A stretch of DNA of 33,473 nucleotides, counting the filler, from an uncultured virus (IMG/VR IMGVR_UViG_2049941000_000069) (Duplodnaviria > Heunggongvirae > Uroviricota > Caudoviricetes). It is 7 parts of one record of this genome, joined end to end, with 100 filler letters (N's around TTAATTAATTAA, not from the genome) between each part and the next. Parts side by side here need not be neighbours in the genome. Positions count along the whole stretch, not along the records: positions 5,110 to 8,627 come from IMGVR_UViG_2049941000_000069; positions 8,728 to 32,367 come from IMGVR_UViG_2049941000_000069; 5 more parts are not named here. One strand, written 5' to 3'. This document shows, one piece after another, positions 7,849 to 15,000 of this stretch. The notes beneath the pieces are model-generated. The model saw nothing but the letters and a program-made list of their open reading frames with translations, searched no databases and was not told where the DNA came from. Made by a program: the position numbers and the translations under genes. How positions within the stretch are numbered: the first letter of the stretch is position 1; each line of letters starts with the position of its first letter.

Positions 7849-7947
7849 CTACTTGTTTTTTAATTGATACTCTGTTTTTGCGTCGCTATATATGCATGCA
7901 CCGCCTGCGACCATGACGATGCCCACGATGATAGATAATGTAATCAT
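7849..7947 (-). CDS. Small membrane peptide (32 aa)
   Basis: MITLSIIVGIVMVAGGACIYSDAKTEYQLKNK*; ATGA overlap with the upstream stop; hydrophobic N-terminus. Confidence 0.55.
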   Translation of the reverse strand: MITLSIIVGIVMVAGGACIYSDAKTEYQLKNK

Positions 7948-8114
7948 GCCTTTGCTATTAAATACAATTCGCTCCATGTATCGCAACCGAAATAACGAGG
8001 GTTGTTGTACTCTTCATCTGCTTGCTGCAACACGTTCCAATACTCACGGTTTGCCCAATACTGAGCCTCAAATATCTGCCATGCGATTTCGCACTCAATT
8101 TCCTTCTGTGTCAT
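7944..8114 (-). CDS. Hypothetical protein (56 aa)
   Basis: MTQKEIECEIAWQIFEAQYW... begins right after an N gap; probably separate from the upstream ORF. Confidence 0.6.
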   Translation of the reverse strand: MTQKEIECEIAWQIFEAQYWANREYWNVLQQADEEYNNPRYFGCDTWSELYLIAKA

Positions 8115-8124
8115 NNNNNNNNNN

Positions 8125-8513
8125 CAGCCGCTGCGGACTGCGTTGGCGTTGCTGAGTTGATACATCATGTCACGCAACTCCCTGCGGTCGCGTGCCTTAA
8201 TTTGCTCCATGACCCAGTCCGCGTGTTGCTGCTGCGTCGGATAGTCCATGTAATAGAACATTTCACGGTTGAACTCTTTGCGCCTTGCGTACTTGACGAT
8301 ATGCGCCACCAAGCGGTCGAACACCTTGCCGATGCGCTCGTTTTCCTTCTGCTTTGCCCAGAGCGTGCCTGCCTTTGTCGGGTTGGCCTTTGCCCATGCA
8401 CGGCAATACTGGTCTTTGTCGCCCTTAAAATGGTAGTACTCGCGCTCGATGGCTGCGTACTCCTCCGCTGTAGGCTGATAGCCCGTGCGGTCAATAAATT
8501 CTGATACTAACAT
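8125..8513 (-). CDS. Hypothetical phage protein (about 129 aa)
   Basis: MLVSEFIDRTGYQPTAEEYAAIEREYY...; ends GGC TG at the gap, likely TGA. Confidence 0.75.
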
Positions 8514-8613
8514 AATTCAGTCCTCCTATGCTTTTACTACCTCTGCGGGTACGTTCTTTAATCTCAGTGCGATGCACGCACCCTCACAATTCTGCTTAAC
8601 GTCACGCATAATC

Positions 8614-8627
8614 ATAGTGAACGTCTA
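8614..8627. repeat. Partial third copy of the early-region repeat
   Basis: ATAGTGAACGTCTA (14 bp identical), truncated by the contig end; overlaps the ATG of a possible 29-aa ORF (8526-8615). Confidence 0.7.
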
Positions 8628-9038
8628 NNNNNNNNNNNNNNNNNNNNNNNNNNNNNNNNNNNNNNNNNNNNTTAATTAATTAANNNNNNNNNNNNNNNNN
8701 NNNNNNNNNNNNNNNNNNNNNNNNNNNTATACAATATATTAAGTACTCCAAGAAAACAAGAAAACGGGAAAACTGATAAAAAGCCGAAATGCGGATAATG
8801 ATAATAAATGAACATATAAAAAACGTATTTTTTACCCTGAAAATGTGGTGGACAAAATAGGGACTAAAAAGGTACGAAAACAGACGAAAACAAATAGACG
8901 GGGCGGGAGGTGTGGGCAAAGCGAAATGATATGGTGCAAACAGTCCTTTTCTTAAAAAGAAAAAAATCGAAAAAAAAAAAATAAAAATTCCAGAGTGTGT
9001 GTGATTATGTAGAATCGTCGTAGATGCCGTTTCTTTTG

Positions 9039-9106
9039 TCTCTGACGTGTTTTTGTGCTCGATGTGGATAATTGTACCACCGAACCGAAATTCGTCGATT
9101 CTGAGC
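9039..9106 (-). promoter_or_regulatory. Conserved spaced motif GTGG-N9-CCACA-N16-GTCAGAGA, copy 1
   Basis: Same elements and spacing as 12700-12768, in opposite orientation. Confidence 0.55.
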
Positions 9107-9294
9107 GATTTTTGAAGGTTTGCCGTGTGTTTTATTTGCAGAGTAAATCCAAAAAAGAAGTAAGTTGCTGAAAATCAGCGTATTTTTATTTGCTTGTAAT
9201 TTGCTTTTGTTTTTTTTCTTCTGTTTTCCGCCATGAATTTCTGGAAAAGAGCTGATTTTNNNNNNNNNNAATACTATTAAATAGTGTTATATTA

Positions 9295-9327
9295 TTGTGA
9301 ATATTCCAAGAACTATGTTTATATTTG
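9295..9327 (+). promoter_or_regulatory. Bacteroidota promoter
   Basis: TATATTTG -7 box at 9320-9327 upstream of the ORF at 9372. Confidence 0.7.
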
Positions 9328-9371
9328 CAGCGAATTTCATTATTTACTTACGTTAAACAGATAGAAACATT

Positions 9372-9680
9372 ATGTATTTGACAAGAGAACAGAAATGGGA
9401 GCTGACTCGGAAGATTGGCTTGTTCGGTCTGGGTGACCTGCGCAAGCTTGCCCCGATTGGCGACATTGGTTACGAGAACGACTGGTATCCTCCTTTTTGG
9501 GGTAGTACTCACATGTGGCTGGACGTTATGCTTCCGCGTCTGATTATGAAGGCGTTCTGGGAGCAGAAGGACAAGTACGGATTTGAGGTTGAGGGATACA
9601 GCAATGGCTATGCGAAGACAGACCACCACTCGTGCTGCAAGTCGTTGAGTCTGTACTGGCACTGTGATTCAAGCGGATGA
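9372..9680 (+). CDS. Hypothetical protein (102 aa)
   Basis: Complete ORF downstream of a promoter, with an A-rich leader. Confidence 0.75.
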   Translation: MYLTREQKWELTRKIGLFGLGDLRKLAPIGDIGYENDWYPPFWGSTHMWLDVMLPRLIMKAFWEQKDKYGFEVEGYSNGYAKTDHHSCCKSLSLYWHCDSSG

Positions 9681-9924
9681 GGTTATGCCGAGTGATGAAT
9701 TTAGAGAGCGCGTCGTGTGCGCATTAGAGTCGGTTGCTCACAGCTTGTTTATTGTGTGNNNNNNNNNNNNNNNNNNNNNNNNNNNNNNNNNNNNNNNNNN
9801 NNNNNNNNNNNNNNNNNNNNNNNNNNNNNNNNNNNNNNNNNNNNNNNNNNNNNNNNNNNNNNNNNNNNNNNNNNNNNNNNNNNNNNNNNNNNNNNNNNNN
9901 NNNNNNNNNNNNNNNNNNNNNNNN

Positions 9925-10262
9925 GTACGAGCAGCAAAGGAGATTGGGAGAAGCATGCTTTTGTGGTGAGCTGGATGGACGGCCAGTACGAGCAGAAGCT
10001 GTGCCTTGATGTCATGGGCGCAGATAAATTTGAAAAAATGAAGAACGCCGTCGTGGTCGGAAACGAGGTGTTGGTCAAGTACAATGTCACGTCGAGAGAG
10101 TATCAGGGACGTTGGTTCACCACAGCGTCGTGCTACTATTGCTCGGCCATTGGTGGGTCGCAGCAGCCACAGCAGAGTGCAGTGCCGAATGCGAAGCCTT
10201 ATGTGCAGAATAATGCGCAGGACGACAATGCGCACGTGGACGATGGAGGCCTTCCTTTTTAG
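9925..10262 (+). CDS. DUF3127-like single-stranded DNA-binding protein, 5' end in gap
   Basis: SKGDWEK...QYEQKLCLDVMGADK...SREYQGRWFT, a Q-rich linker and an acidic DDGGLPF C-terminus typical of SSB tails. Confidence 0.85.
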
Positions 10263-10324
10263 GGATTACTTAATCGAGAGGCTTGATTGTGAGATAGTAT
10301 AATTATTAACGAAAACAGAGAATT

Positions 10325-10609
10325 ATGACTAAGAGAGAATTTTTGGAGAATGAAGTGTTCGCTGAATTGCCAGACGACGCTGAGATTGTGTTTGCGACAG
10401 GTAACAGGCTGAAGATGTGCGTACCGCTGAATCCGCTGAACGTGTCGCTCGTGAAGGAGTGCGTGAACGAAGACATGCTGAAAGAACTGCCTTCCAATGT
10501 CAGGGAGCACTTCAAGCCAGAGTATAAGGTTGCTTTGGTACTTGATGCCATTCCCTATTGGTATCTGAAAGAGAAGTACAACGTCAGTTTCGATACGCAT
10601 GAAGATTGA
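10325..10609 (+). CDS. Hypothetical protein (94 aa)
   Basis: Complete ORF with an A-rich leader. Confidence 0.75.
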   Translation: MTKREFLENEVFAELPDDAEIVFATGNRLKMCVPLNPLNVSLVKECVNEDMLKELPSNVREHFKPEYKVALVLDAIPYWYLKEKYNVSFDTHED

Positions 10610-10823
10610 CATCAGGGACGGAATACCCGACGCCATCGCTGTGGAATGTGTCTTGAACGTCGTAAAGAATGGAAAGATTAGCAAAGGGGAGCACGGCAAG
10701 AAATACTACTGCTGGATTACGGTACTTGAAACGCCCGTCGGAATGGTGGTCGTATCGACACGCCAATACAGAAAGGGCGACTGCTTCGTTGTCTATAAAT
10801 ACAGAGAAGATGACGAAGGATGA
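10599..10823 (+). CDS. Hypothetical protein (74 aa)
   Basis: Overlap-coupled ORF. Confidence 0.75.
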   Translation: MKIDIRDGIPDAIAVECVLNVVKNGKISKGEHGKKYYCWITVLETPVGMVVVSTRQYRKGDCFVVYKYREDDEG

Positions 10824-11154
10824 CACATTGCAGCGCATCTGCAGGCGCTATATGCTCAGGCTGATGCCGATTGCGAGGAAGTTTGGTCTCGGAGGCTTCA
10901 CGTACGACATGATACGCAGGAACTACAGACGCGAGTGCGCTGCGACAGAGTCTGAGGTGGAGCTTCTGAGCATGGCTTGCGACGACGAACGGCTGCACAG
11001 ACAGGACGTGCCTAAAGTGCTTGGAAAGTCGTACAGACGTGCGTACGAAGACGGTGACTTCGAGAGAATCAAGACTCTTAAACGAACTGGCATCTACTCA
11101 AAGATTAGCGCCATTCTGTTAGGTGAAGAGCTACGTGCAATAAGCGACGAATAA
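10810..11154 (+). CDS. Hypothetical basic protein (114 aa), possible DNA-binding
   Basis: Likely start MTKDDTLQRICRRY overlapping the upstream stop; HTH-like tail RQDVPKVLGKSYRR. Confidence 0.7.
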   Translation: MTKDDTLQRICRRYMLRLMPIARKFGLGGFTYDMIRRNYRRECAATESEVELLSMACDDERLHRQDVPKVLGKSYRRAYEDGDFERIKTLKRTGIYSKISAILLGEELRAISDE

Positions 11155-11174
11155 TCATAAAAATGCATAAAATA

Positions 11175-11206
11175 TTTGGAACATGAGCGGATAATTCGTA
11201 TCTTTG
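11175..11206 (+). promoter_or_regulatory. Bacteroidota promoter for the replication initiator
   Basis: TTTG (-33) at 11175-11178 and TATCTTTG (-7) at 11199-11206. Confidence 0.85.
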
Positions 11207-11209
11207 CAC

Positions 11210-11359
11210 CGTAGAAAGTTTGATTCGACGCGTTGTCAGCTACAATAAGCGCAGAGAACAAGGATATAAATGTTATAACAACTTGCCGATTCGGGCGACA
11301 TGAAGTTAGAGTAGCTGCTGACGGATTGTCGCTCGTAGGCTTTTTAAACAGCTACAATG
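11210..11359 (+). promoter_or_regulatory. Structured 5' leader / attenuator
   Basis: Stem CGGGCGACA/TGTCGCTCG followed by a T-run. Loop sequence GTAGCTG is complementary to CAGCTAC, present upstream and next to the ATG. Confidence 0.6.
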
Positions 11360-12106
11360 CCACAACGGAAATCATTTTTGTTCTACAAGGACTGGTACGA
11401 AGCAATATCGTCTCTCGATGCAGACGTCAGACTTGAGGTCTATGACGCCATTATGTCAAGGGTATGGAGAAGTGATAGCTGTACATTGTCTCCTATGGCA
11501 GAGCTTTCCATGCGCTTCATCTCGCCGCAGATTGACCGAGATGAAGCCAAGTATCGCGAAATATCAGACAAACGTTCAGAAGCAGGAAAAAAGCATCGTG
11601 GCAACCAATATTCTTTTTTGGAACAAATGGAACAAGACGGAACAAATGGAACAAGTGTTCCAAATTTGGAACAAAATGGAACAAATGGAACAGATGATGA
11701 TAATGATAATGATAATGTAGAGAATAATATTGTTCTCTATGAAGAAAGAAAAGATACTGACGTATCTGTTATAAAGAAAGAAAAACGGTTCGTAAAGCCA
11801 ACAGTTGATGAAATACGAGACTATATACAAGAGAAAGGCTATACGTTTGATGCTGAGGCCTTCTTTGCGTATTATGAGAGCAACGGGTGGAAGGTTGGTC
11901 GCAATCCGATGAAGAATTGGAGAATGGCCTGCACGACATGGTCTAAAAACAGAAACAATAATAATGGCAACAACTATGGAAGAGAGACAATCACCGACAA
12001 GATTAGGCGCACTGTTGAAGGCGCAAACGAGTTCAAGCAGCGAATTGACGCGAACATCGGAAGAGAAGCCGACATGGGTGACGGAGATTCTGACAAGGTA
12101 TGGTAG
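11357..12106 (+). CDS. Phage replication initiator-like protein (DUF6291-like N-terminus)
   Basis: RKSFLFYKDWYEAI N-terminus, KRSEAGKK, a low-complexity iteron-encoded linker, and C-terminal FVKPTVDEI...FFAYYESNGWKVGRNPMKNW. Confidence 0.8.
   Translation: MPQRKSFLFYKDWYEAISSLDADVRLEVYDAIMSRVWRSDSCTLSPMAELSMRFISPQIDRDEAKYREISDKRSEAGKKHRGNQYSFLEQMEQDGTNGTSVPNLEQNGTNGTDDDNDNDNVENNIVLYEERKDTDVSVIKKEKRFVKPTVDEIRDYIQEKGYTFDAEAFFAYYESNGWKVGRNPMKNWRMACTTWSKNRNNNNGNNYGRETITDKIRRTVEGANEFKQRIDANIGREADMGDGDSDKVW
11619..11730 (+). repeat. Iteron-like GGAACA repeats plus AT-rich tract (candidate origin)
   Basis: Seven direct GGAACA copies and one inverted copy; 18-bp palindrome TGTTCCAAATTTGGAACA at 11656-11673; followed by (GAT/AAT)n. 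Confidence 0.65.
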
Positions 12107-12632
12107 CTTCACTCAGCTTGAGAACAAGTTCTCGTACCTCAATAAGAACACGTTCGTGCAGAATCCGATAGATTGCTTCAGACGCGAGAGCCCGACGCTC
12201 GTCAGGCTTGACGTTACGTACGGACGCGGCTCGTCGGCTTCATGGCTGTTCTCCATACTGCAGGGAATGTTCGTGTTTCTTGGCGTCACGGACGACAGAT
12301 TCTCAAAAGAGCAAGTCTACAACCTCGCATGCAACATCGCTGCTAACTACAAGACACTGAAAGTCGTCGAGATTCTGCTGTTCGTGTCACGATTCGAGTC
12401 TGGAAAGTACGGGCGGTTCTATGGTGGAGACTCGTATGCCCTCGTCCTGACTGAGGCGATGAACAAGTTCATGGTCGAGCGCGAGCACTACTACGCAGAC
12501 ATCGAGCGGATGGAGACCGAGAGACGCATTGAGGAAGGCAAGAGGAACACCATATCGTATGCGGAGTACAAGAAACAGAAGGAAGCCGAAGGAAAGAGCG
12601 TGTCTGGCGCACTGGACGGCATTTTTGGTTAA
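11964..12632 (+). CDS. Replication-associated protein (possible helicase loader, DUF6633-like)
   Basis: Directly follows and overlaps the initiator; FVSRFESGKYGRFYG motif. Family assignment from memory only. Confidence 0.6.
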   Translation: MATTMEERQSPTRLGALLKAQTSSSSELTRTSEEKPTWVTEILTRYGSFTQLENKFSYLNKNTFVQNPIDCFRRESPTLVRLDVTYGRGSSASWLFSILQGMFVFLGVTDDRFSKEQVYNLACNIAANYKTLKVVEILLFVSRFESGKYGRFYGGDSYALVLTEAMNKFMVEREHYYADIERMETERRIEEGKRNTISYAEYKKQKEAEGKSVSGALDGIFG

Positions 12633-12646
12633 AAATCATTTAAATA

Positions 12647-12678
12647 CTTGGAATATTCCAAATTATGAGCTATATTTG
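12647..12678 (+). promoter_or_regulatory. Bacteroidota promoter with embedded palindrome
   Basis: TATATTTG at 12671-12678; palindrome TTGGAATATTCCAA at 12648-12661. Confidence 0.7.
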
Positions 12679-12699
12679 CAGCGAGAAAAGCGAAAAGAA

Positions 12700-12768
12700 G
12701 CTCTGTGAGCGCAGAAAATTTGTGAGGTGGGCAACTATACCACAGCGCGCGTTCGAAGCTGTCAGAGA
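12700..12768 (+). promoter_or_regulatory. Conserved spaced motif GTGG-N9-CCACA-N16-GTCAGAGA, copy 2
   Basis: Matches the reverse complement of 9039-9106 in elements and spacing. Confidence 0.55.
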
Positions 12769-12797
12769 GCTCGAAAAGCGACAAAAACGAGAAATAT

Positions 12798-12920
12798 ATG
12801 GCAGTATGGAAAGATATTGAACCGATAATAGACGAATACGAACGTCTTTTTGAGGAAGAAGCGAAGAAGGAAGAATACAGAATACAACAAACGCGACAAT
12901 GGCTGGCATCTCTATCATAG
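12798..12920 (+). CDS. Small hypothetical protein (40 aa)
   Basis: MAVWKDIEPIIDEYERLFEEEAKKEEYRIQQTRQWLASLS*, with an A-rich leader. Confidence 0.45.
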   Translation: MAVWKDIEPIIDEYERLFEEEAKKEEYRIQQTRQWLASLS

Positions 12921-13306
12921 GCATAATTGAATCAGTGAAATACCTGCCCAACGGCGGCGGATGCTTCGTTTTCTTGTCTGAGTACAGAAAAGGTTACAGA
13001 AAATCTGACGGTACACGGGTGGAAGACAAGTATCTGTCATGGAAGGTCATCTACAAGCAAGGGCTCGTGAACTACATCAACAACCACTTCAGCACTGGGA
13101 TGGTCGTCGAGGTGAAGGGAGAAGTCCTGCCGTACGCCATAGAGAACGGCGAGACGGTTGACGGATACTCAGTCATCGGGCAAACACTCAACATGTTCAG
13201 TGTGCCACGCTTGTACCAGCGGCAGGAAGCAAGAATGCAGAAGGACTCGCAGCTGCACTCAAGCGGCACGCCAGACTTGGAAGAGTACAACAGACCAGAC
13301 TTTTAA
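12899..13306 (+). CDS. ssb: Single-stranded DNA-binding protein (OB fold)
   Basis: ISIIGII, GYRKSDG...W, FSTGMVVEVKGEV pattern and a C-terminal PDF. Confidence 0.7.
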   Translation: MAGISIIGIIESVKYLPNGGGCFVFLSEYRKGYRKSDGTRVEDKYLSWKVIYKQGLVNYINNHFSTGMVVEVKGEVLPYAIENGETVDGYSVIGQTLNMFSVPRLYQRQEARMQKDSQLHSSGTPDLEEYNRPDF

Positions 13307-13332
13307 TTATAAACGTTTAAAATTGCAATTTT

Positions 13333-13731
13333 ATGAGTAAGAAGAAAGAAAACCGTTTCGAGAACATTGAAGAGGAAGTAGGATTCCTACGCAGGCAGAA
13401 CGCTGGCATGAGAGGACGAATCTCTCTGCTGCAGAAGGAGGTGATGAAGTACAAGGAGCTTGACTTGGAGGGAGAGCGGCTGAAGAAAGAGCTTTCTAAC
13501 GCACGCAGCGTAAAAGAGAATACCGTGCCGTTTGCCAAGTTCGCAGAGCTTGAACAGTCCATCGACACAAAGAACGCGTTTATAGAGTCTTTACAGGAAC
13601 GCGTACAGACGCTCATGCTCGAGAAGTCTAATCTAAAAGACGAAGTGGCATCGCTGACAGAAGAGCAGGTTGAGCTGAACAACACAATTGACGACTTGAG
13701 GACGCCTTGGTACAAGAAGCTGCTCAAGTAG
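13333..13731 (+). CDS. Coiled-coil protein (132 aa)
   Basis: Heptad-rich sequence ending PWYKKLLK. Confidence 0.8.
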   Translation: MSKKKENRFENIEEEVGFLRRQNAGMRGRISLLQKEVMKYKELDLEGERLKKELSNARSVKENTVPFAKFAELEQSIDTKNAFIESLQERVQTLMLEKSNLKDEVASLTEEQVELNNTIDDLRTPWYKKLLK

Positions 13732-13753
13732 AGCCGTCTTTCGTGTGACAAAC

Positions 13754-13796
13754 AAAAAAAGAGAGCTGCTATCATCACAGACTGCAGCCCCCTTTT
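13754..13796 (-). terminator. Intrinsic terminator between convergent operons (probably bidirectional)
   Basis: Minus strand GGGGGCTGC...GCAGCTCTC followed by T7; the plus strand has a T4 after the stem. Confidence 0.8.
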
Positions 13797-13892
13797 CTTG
13801 ACACCTCAAGACTCCTTTCAACTTAATTCTTCTCTTTTGAAAACATTAAAACTAAAAACACAAAACAAAAAGCATCATTACAATTTATCCTA

Positions 13893-14396
13893 TTATGTAG
13901 GCGCATCCAACGCGTGCAGCGTAATTGTTCCGATAATGTACGAGTTGTCTCCGCGCTGAAGTGCTACTGTCGTCGGCTTGTATTCTTTCAGGCATACGCA
14001 ATGAACGTACTTGTTCCCAAGATATACAGACTTCAGCCACACGTCGCTGTTAGTCATATATGCCACAAAGTTGTCATGCACCGTCTGTACGTCGAACGCA
14101 GACTGTGTCGACTGCGTCGGTGCAGTAGCGTATTTCTTTCGCACAGCGAACGTCAGCTCTATATCTACGTTCTTTCGTATGACGACTGGGTTGTCGTGCT
14201 CGTCAAGCGTGGTAATCAAGAAGTCTTCCTCTTGGTCGTCAACCCATTGAGCCGTGTAGATGTTCACTGGTTCTCCTTTGCCTATCAATCCAGTCATTTT
14301 CAATACCGCCACGCCGTCGTAGAGCGTCGTGATGTCCGTAAACGTCCCGTTCTCTGTATTCTTCACATAATATCTTCCTCTCGAATCGTTTGCCAT
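13893..14396 (-). CDS. Putative distal tail / tail-tip protein
   Basis: Beta-rich 167-aa ORF at the end of the tail operon; call from synteny only. Confidence 0.55.
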   Translation of the reverse strand: MANDSRGRYYVKNTENGTFTDITTLYDGVAVLKMTGLIGKGEPVNIYTAQWVDDQEEDFLITTLDEHDNPVVIRKNVDIELTFAVRKKYATAPTQSTQSAFDVQTVHDNFVAYMTNSDVWLKSVYLGNKYVHCVCLKEYKPTTVALQRGDNSYIIGTITLHALDAPT

Positions 14397-14401
14397 AACT
14401 G

Positions 14402-14995
14402 TTATATTTTAAGTTCTTTTTCAAATTCTTTTATTTTTTTCGACATACAGTAGTCGCCATATTCCACTTTTGCATCCTTGCTGTATCTGTATATCGTTAC
14501 ACTGGAGTCTTCGTCCACGTCTTCGAGCGTTACCCTTGACTCGTCAAACAGCATAATGACGACACTGTTGTACCCTCCGCACACTATATGCACGTCCGAC
14601 CAGCACGAGACGTATATCTTGACAGCTTTCGTAGCTTCAATCTCCATCGACGGCACGTCTGACCACATCGTCATAAAGACATCGCCAGAGACGCTTAAAT
14701 CGCCATTGTAGCCGACGTACAGTTCTGTCTTGTAGTCTCCATTGACTCCGTCAGCGTCAATAGCCGTATACTGTCCGTTGATGAAGTCCGAGAAGCTGTC
14801 CTTTATATACTCTTGCGTAAGACCGAGTCCTTTGTACGCGAACGTTGCCATGTGTGGGAAACTCTGTTGAGCCACAGCAAGCCTGAACAGCTTCTCTTTG
14901 TCGTCGTGGCACGAAGCCCACTTACCCTTATACTCTTGGCACAAGTCGGCAAGCAGGCTCTGTCTGTAATATTCTTGTAATCTGTCCATATACAT
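14402..14995 (-). CDS. Conserved hypothetical protein downstream of tape measure
   Basis: 197-aa ORF with repetitive beta-solenoid-like C-terminal strands. Confidence 0.75.
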   Translation of the reverse strand: MYMDRLQEYYRQSLLADLCQEYKGKWASCHDDKEKLFRLAVAQQSFPHMATFAYKGLGLTQEYIKDSFSDFINGQYTAIDADGVNGDYKTELYVGYNGDLSVSGDVFMTMWSDVPSMEIEATKAVKIYVSCWSDVHIVCGGYNSVVIMLFDESRVTLEDVDEDSSVTIYRYSKDAKVEYGDYCMSKKIKEFEKELKI

Positions 14996-15000
14996 ATCGT

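Noticed and set aside
4674..8627. CRISPR array from the 28-bp repeats
   Set aside because: Copies are kilobases apart and separated by genes; there are no regular spacers and no cas genes.
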